A stretch of DNA of 56,561 bases from Parasitella parasitica NRRL 2501. Its lineage: Eukaryota; Fungi; Mucoromycota. Positions 50,801 through 56,561 of the stretch are shown here, piece after piece. Position numbers and translations under genes: made by a program. The stretch lies in the NCBI GenBank assembly GCA_025201805.1, contig MU619337.1, forward strand, positions 1-56,561. Direction: 5' to 3'. The stretch's first letter is position 1. Every line of letters begins with the position of its first letter. The notes below the pieces were generated by a model. It worked only from the letters and a program-made list of their open reading frames with translations. It was not told where the DNA came from and did not search any database.

Positions 50801-51551
50801 GTAACTGTCGTAAATAATCTGTCAATGCTTTGCGCCTCTTGAGTGCAATCATGTGTTTCTCCCCGTCAAATATCTCGTGGTCAGCAACAATGGTGCCTTT
50901 TGCTGAATTCAGCCATGACTCAAGCTGGCTCGGAAAACTAGGCGGACTAGGCACAGCATCGCTTAGGCTCGATTTGAACTTGAGTGTATAATGTAAACCC
51001 ACAAACTCTGCGATGGTTCTTCTGATCACCCATTTGATATCGCCGTACTGTAATTCAATTCTAAAAACCCACTGATTGATGCCTTGCGTCAATAATTCAG
51101 AATCAGTAATATCAACCTATACAATGGCATTAGTGGTGGTTTTTTTTTTTTTTTTTTATTAATCTCGTTGCGGTATCTCACTTTTAAAAAAGGAAGTAAA
51201 ACAGGTGGCTAGTGTGGAATACAAATCAGTACTCGAACCATAAAGTATAATGAATTCATATTTGTATAGTTGTTTACCCAGGGATGCCCATGTTGGTCTT
51301 TGGACAGTGCAATAAATACTGGATCGAACAATGGAGGATAGTAGGGTGCCAGGGAGGATGTTGAGCCGACGACAGTTTTTGGTTGTTGTGGCAATGTGTG
51401 CATGTTGGCAATCAGGCGTACTTTATCGAGCGTTTTGCCCCAGTGCTTTTTTGCTTTGCCTCCATCTGGTGATGTGGGCGGTGTCATGGTCTGACTTGTG
51501 GTACTAGGTGACTTGTCTTGATTCGAACTGCCATTACTATCGCTACTATCG

Positions 51552-51587
<36 letters not shown>

Positions 51588-52252
51588 TTGGGGTCTTGCT
51601 TTTGCTTTTGCTTTTGTGTTTTCTTGGCTTTTTTCTGCTGTTTATCGTAAAGCACGGCATCCAATGCAGTAGGTGTAACCTGAGTTTCAGCAGTTGACTT
51701 GTTGGATACATTGCCGCTACTGCCACTGGCGAATGGATTTGCAAAATAGTTGCCATCCTTTGTGTCATGCTCTTCACCAGCAGGAGGCCCTGCATTATCC
51801 TCTCCTTCTTTATCAATGTCATTGGCATCGGGCAAGATATCGTCTTGGTCGGTATTGTATTGCTGCTTCTTTTTGTTGCGTCGTCTATAGGGCCTTTTGA
51901 ACCGACTCATTTCGTACACATCCTGTGTCCCTGCACGTTCACCGCCATCTGATGAGCTGGATGTATTATTATTATTATCATCGTCGTCGTTCTCGCTCCT
52001 ACCAACCACATTGGGCAACTTTCTGAGCACCTTTTGCCATTGCGCTTTAGGGTCGAAATCACTGAGGCTGTGGTGCGATGTCTGAGGTCTTCGGCTCAAT
52101 GGCGACTCTGGAGACAGGAGATCTTGCACATTCAAATTTCCAGGCGAGGCTTCCTGCTCTTGAGAAGGGAATATACGCAGATTTGGCTTTGCGATTTTGG
52201 TGCGCTCTTTGTCTGCAAAGTATTCAGCAGTATCTGCAATTGGATTCGACAT
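47835..52252 (-). CDS. PLD1: Phospholipase D1 (PX-PH-HKD-HKD; Spo14-like); multi-exon
   Basis: IYIADWWLSPELYLRRP, WSHHE|KIVVVD (HKD1 split by an intron), PRMPWHD, IYIENQFF, YIHDKIMIVDD..GS|ANINDRSQLGNRDSE. Confidence 0.95.
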
Positions 52253-52417
52253 TGTCTCGACAGACGAGGAGGATTGGAGAAGAAAAAGGGAAGCCAAGAA
52301 ACAAGAAAAATGTTTTATGTTTTAAATATAGTAGCATTTCAGAGCACGGAGTGTTAATTGAAAAAGGAACACAACAGCATCATCCTATTTGGCTCAAAAG
52401 CAACAGAACAGATTGCT

Positions 52418-52471
52418 TTATTCATAATGGTTTTGAACAAAGGGATTGTTTATCGAGTAATGCGTGCTTAT

Positions 52472-52508
<37 letters not shown>

Positions 52509-53363
52509 TGTACAAAGGGATTTGTTGTCAATGTTGCAGGAGCAAAAGGAAATGCCAATGTCGTACTAATGACATGTTTGTGATGGTCATGGATAGATTT
52601 TTGTGCTATGACATATGGTAAGAATTATTTTGCCCTGCTCTTTTAGTGTTTTACACATGCTACCTTGGAAACCACTAGAAAACGGGTTGGTTAGAAATGG
52701 ATTGCCGCCAGACTCAACTGCAACATGTCGACCAGCGAATACGTGCTGTTGCTGCTGAGGCATTGGCGACGAAACAACCGAACTATTTGTGCTACTTGGC
52801 GATGATGGTAAACACAGATCCTCTTGTGACGCTGCAGGAGTGCTATGGTTACTATCAGTAGTAGCAGCAAAACGCTTTCTTTGCCATTTATCTCGAATAT
52901 ATCTCTCCATATCACTAACACCTAGAGTGTTAAAAAAAAAAAAAAAAAAAAAAAAGGGGAGGGATGGGCTGCTGCACTTACTGGTCATCGTCCAAGGCAA
53001 TAGGTAGATTACTGCTCGAGTTTGGGTTTATTTGGCTGTTGATGTGCGCATTGCCGCCCAAGTTCTTCATGTTTTGTATCTCTGATAGAGCCCAACAATC
53101 CATACTGCACGACTTTACTTTGGATATATGTGTGCCCATCTTTCTGTGCAAACTAGCACATCGAATGCAGAGAAACACGCCAAGAGAATAGGAAGCCCAA
53201 CGTGGATCTGTTTGTCAAATGTTAATGACAACATTTTCCAGGAAGCTTTGTTTTTACTTTTGGCATAGCAGTCGGCACATTGGCTGTTTCCCGGTACCTT
53301 AAACAGGTCGTTCAGCAGTCGGTTATGTCTTTCTTGAGTTGCTTTTGACTGCTTGCGATGCAT
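52418..53363 (-). CDS. ArfGAP (SMAP/Gts1-like) with NPF motifs; 4 exons
   Basis: PGNSQCADC..PRWASYSLGVFLCIRCASLHRKMGTHISKVKS..D.W, MERYIRDKW; four NPF motifs in the tail. Confidence 0.88.
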
Positions 53364-53549
53364 AGTGTACAAGTTGTAAAAAAGAAAGAAATAGCGAAAA
53401 AGGTGAGAAGAGCTCTTTTTTTTTTAATCTATTCTGGTGTGACTCGAGCAGCATTGCTACCATATTTGTAGTGTTATAAAAGCTTAATCGTGAATTTTCC
53501 ACAGGAAACTTTCTTTTTTCCTTTACAAACTAAAAGTGTAATTATTGTA

Positions 53550-55015
53550 ATGGGCCTACCACTCGACCATATTACTGTCTTTGAGATGGCTGGCTTGGCA
53601 CCAGCTCCATTTGCGGGCCTCATCATGGCTGATTTTGGCGCCAATGTCATCCGCATTGACAGATCAACGGGATTCAACACTGATGTTTTAACGAGGTGAT
53701 ATATTTCAAAAAAAAAAAAAAAAAAAAAATCGCATCTCGCCAAACAAACAAAACTCACAAAAGCTCCTCGTTAGAAACAAACGATCCATTGCCCTTGACT
53801 TGAAAAATCCAGCAGCAATCAAAACTCTATTGCAACTTTTTAAAAATGCAGATGTGTTACTGGATCCATTTCGCCCAGGTGTCATGGAAAAACTGGGCCT
53901 CGGTCCTGATGTTCTTCTAAAACAAAACCCTCGGCTCATTTACGCTAGACTGAGTGGGTTTGGCCAATTAGGCCCTAGATCTCAAAATGCTGGCCATGAC
54001 ATCAACTATTTGGCCATCTCAGGAGTCTTGAGCGTATGTTGCGTACATCATATCCATGTCTGAACACTCATAGTTTGATACACGCATGTAGTTGATTGGT
54101 CGACAAGGTGAAAATCCATTCTTCCCAGTCAATATTTTGGGTAAATGATTCATGCGTTCTGTATCATGTGTCTGATTTAATGTGTATTATCCTTCATAAG
54201 CTGACTTTGCTGGCGGGGGACTCATGTGTGTCATGGGCATCTTGATGGCTTTAATGGAGCGGTCAAAATCAGGAAAAGGACAAGTCATTGATGCGAACCT
54301 AGTAAGCTTCATGCATAGATGATGGCCAAATTTCGTGTGAATTCGACTGACAAATTGCTTTGTTGTGTAACTGAATTAGACAGCAGGCTCCTCTTACCTT
54401 GCTACGTTTCCCTACTTGATGCAAAAATATGGACTCGTGTGGGAAGGTGAGCGAGGATCCAATATGCTGGATGGTGGCGCTCATTTTTACGAGACATATC
54501 GCACCAAAGACGGCCAATTCATGGCAGTGTAGGTAGCATAACAACATTCAAAAACGGGGATCTAAATCGTTCATTGCCTGTATAGTGGCGCCATTGAGCC
54601 TCAGTTTTATGCAGCTCTGCTCGAAAAATTGAATCTTGCTAATGCTGACTCGCTGCCTGGTCAATTAGACAAGGAATCGTGGCCTGATATGAAAAAGAAG
54701 TTCCAATCCATTTTCGCCACCAAAACACAACGAGAATGGTGCTCGATTTTTGATGGCTCAGATGCATGCGTAACACCTGTATTGACCTTTAAAGATGCCA
54801 ACCAAAAGGCAGACGCCCCTGCTCCTGCTCCACAATTGTCAAGAACCCCTGCAAAGAGCAATATTTGCAATGGTGATGAAAATCCTCCTTTTCTTGCCGC
54901 AGGTGAGAATTCTATAGAGGTTTTGAAAGAATTTAATATCAGTGCTGATCAAATTGAGAAACTCTTGAGCTCAAGTGCATTGGTTGATTCCTCTAGTACT
55001 AAATCCAAGCTATAA
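53550..55015 (+). CDS. AMACR: Alpha-methylacyl-CoA racemase (CaiB/BaiF CoA-transferase III fold), peroxisomal; 6 exons
   Basis: [52 protein letters not shown]|[36 protein letters not shown]; C-terminal SKL. Confidence 0.92.
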
Positions 55016-56561
55016 ATTTGTCGTCTGTACGCCTACTACAGCTATAGTGAATAAAGCGATATTTATAGGACTTCAATATTTCATTTCAAATTGGAGTGAT
55101 TTATGTTTTCACGTTTTGGTATTATTTTAGGAGATACACCCTTCAAGCCATCTTAATATGGTTACACAGCTATCAAATGTAAACAAATGTGATTTTTCGT
55201 ATAGGATGTATAGCCATAATTTGGATAAATTAATACATTGGTTTGGTAAAAGATACTTGCGTTGCTATTTTCGTGCAGTTTTTTTTATAGTCACATTGAA
55301 TTGAATAGTTAATAATCTATTGCGATTGTATGTACTCACCAATATATGGAAAGCACCAAAAGAGGTAGTTAGCATAATGATTGACACCATGTATTGTAAC
55401 ATGAAAAGTGCAAGCTCATGATGTTTTATAGCGCTCTTATTTGGTTCTGATCTCATGCCTAGTTTAGTGAACATATCAACCGATGAAAACTTTTTTTCAA
55501 AATCAACTTTGTGAAAAAGATTAGTGTGAACGAAAACATTGTTACGAGAAGCATATTGCAATTAATTTATGCTGATAGCTCTTCAAAGTGCGCATTATCC
55601 ATTTTATAAATTGGGAATATATGTGTGTTTGTAAAAGTGGTGAATGTTATAGTATATGCCATTGGAGATGGTGTAAATAAGGAGTGTCAAGACGTTTGTA
55701 GGCAGATAAACTAGATGTAAATGGTAAACATAAAAGCTCAGTCTTGATGCTTGACTTTGCAGCAGGTGTAATCCTGATCTTAACTTTGAGCAGGCAGCCA
55801 ACTGACAGTATGTATAAATGGTAGTGATGAGGCTCGACTTTACTTTGAATTTGGTTACCACCATCCCCCAATTTTTTAATAAAATAATGCACCATTTAGT
55901 TTCCAATGGATTAACTTGTGCTCCTATGATAACACACAATAAATTTGATGTGTTCTAATTCATTTCATGAAGATGATTTAAGTGAGGATTATGTTCTACA
56001 AAAAAAAGATAAAAGCATTGATGTCTCTCCAAATGCTAACATTTAAAAGTATCAATTACCAATGCCTTTCTACTACATAGTAGGTTCGTAGGGTTACTTA
56101 TCCAGGTTTTTGTCAATGACAATTTTTTAGTCGCTCGCCCCTTATGAAAATCGACTTGAAACGAAAATTCGCTTTTTGAATCGACTTTTAAATGACTAAC
56201 CTTGTGAGAAAAAAATACTTCAAATATATAAGAGTTATCTAAAAAAAGTATGCTGGGAAACTCGCCTGGGAAACCAGCTTGGAGGTCTCCCATTTAAAAT
56301 AATTGAAATTCAGATTTTGACAAAATAAAGTGATATCATTGGATAAACTCTTATGTTATTTGACATGAAAGTGTACCTAATGCATTGAATACTGGTGTCT
56401 TTATACTGTTAATTGATTATTCTTGTATATATTCACTATAGTAGATTTTCTACTGAATATTTTTTATTGTCTAAGGTTATTTTTAATATCTTTTAAGCAG
56501 TTTATAAAAGAGCTTTACTAAAAGAAACATCGAGAAAGACTTGGAAAATACTAAAAATCTG

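Noticed and set aside
55100-56561. Short minus-strand ORFs in AT-rich DNA
   Set aside because: No recognisable motifs or consistent exon chain; it may be a relic but this cannot be supported.

Overview
Eukaryotic, intron-rich, AT-rich fungal DNA. The short 50-130 nt GT-AG introns, gene content and Fanzor subfamily point to Mucorales (inference). It holds about 23 mostly housekeeping genes: Xaa-Pro peptidase, macrodomain protein, SMPD4-like, RPL24, mitochondrial RbfA, aspartic protease, Sfm1, Ran1-like kinase, ARG4, CWC25, LEU5-like carrier, amino-acid permease, PWP1, WD40, TMEM110-like, NCBP3-like, Cla4-type PAK, Kelch-BTB, RVxF protein, NUF2, PLD, ArfGAP and AMACR. Two things stand out. (1) A 2.65 kb element (19540-22189) with TIRs and a 7-bp TSD carries a decayed, intron-containing Fanzor1 RNA-guided nuclease gene and a candidate omegaRNA. 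The omegaRNA guide position may coincide with the element's own TIR, and the whole unit is nested in a TA-flanked Tc1/mariner-type MITE. (2) The RPL24 gene can only be spliced in frame by using a single-nucleotide exon (position 7420). Other observations are two GC-AG introns, a 9-nt microexon, a candidate two-hairpin ncRNA, uORFs, a Gcn4 site and a degenerate macrodomain. All calls come from manual reading; no database search was run.
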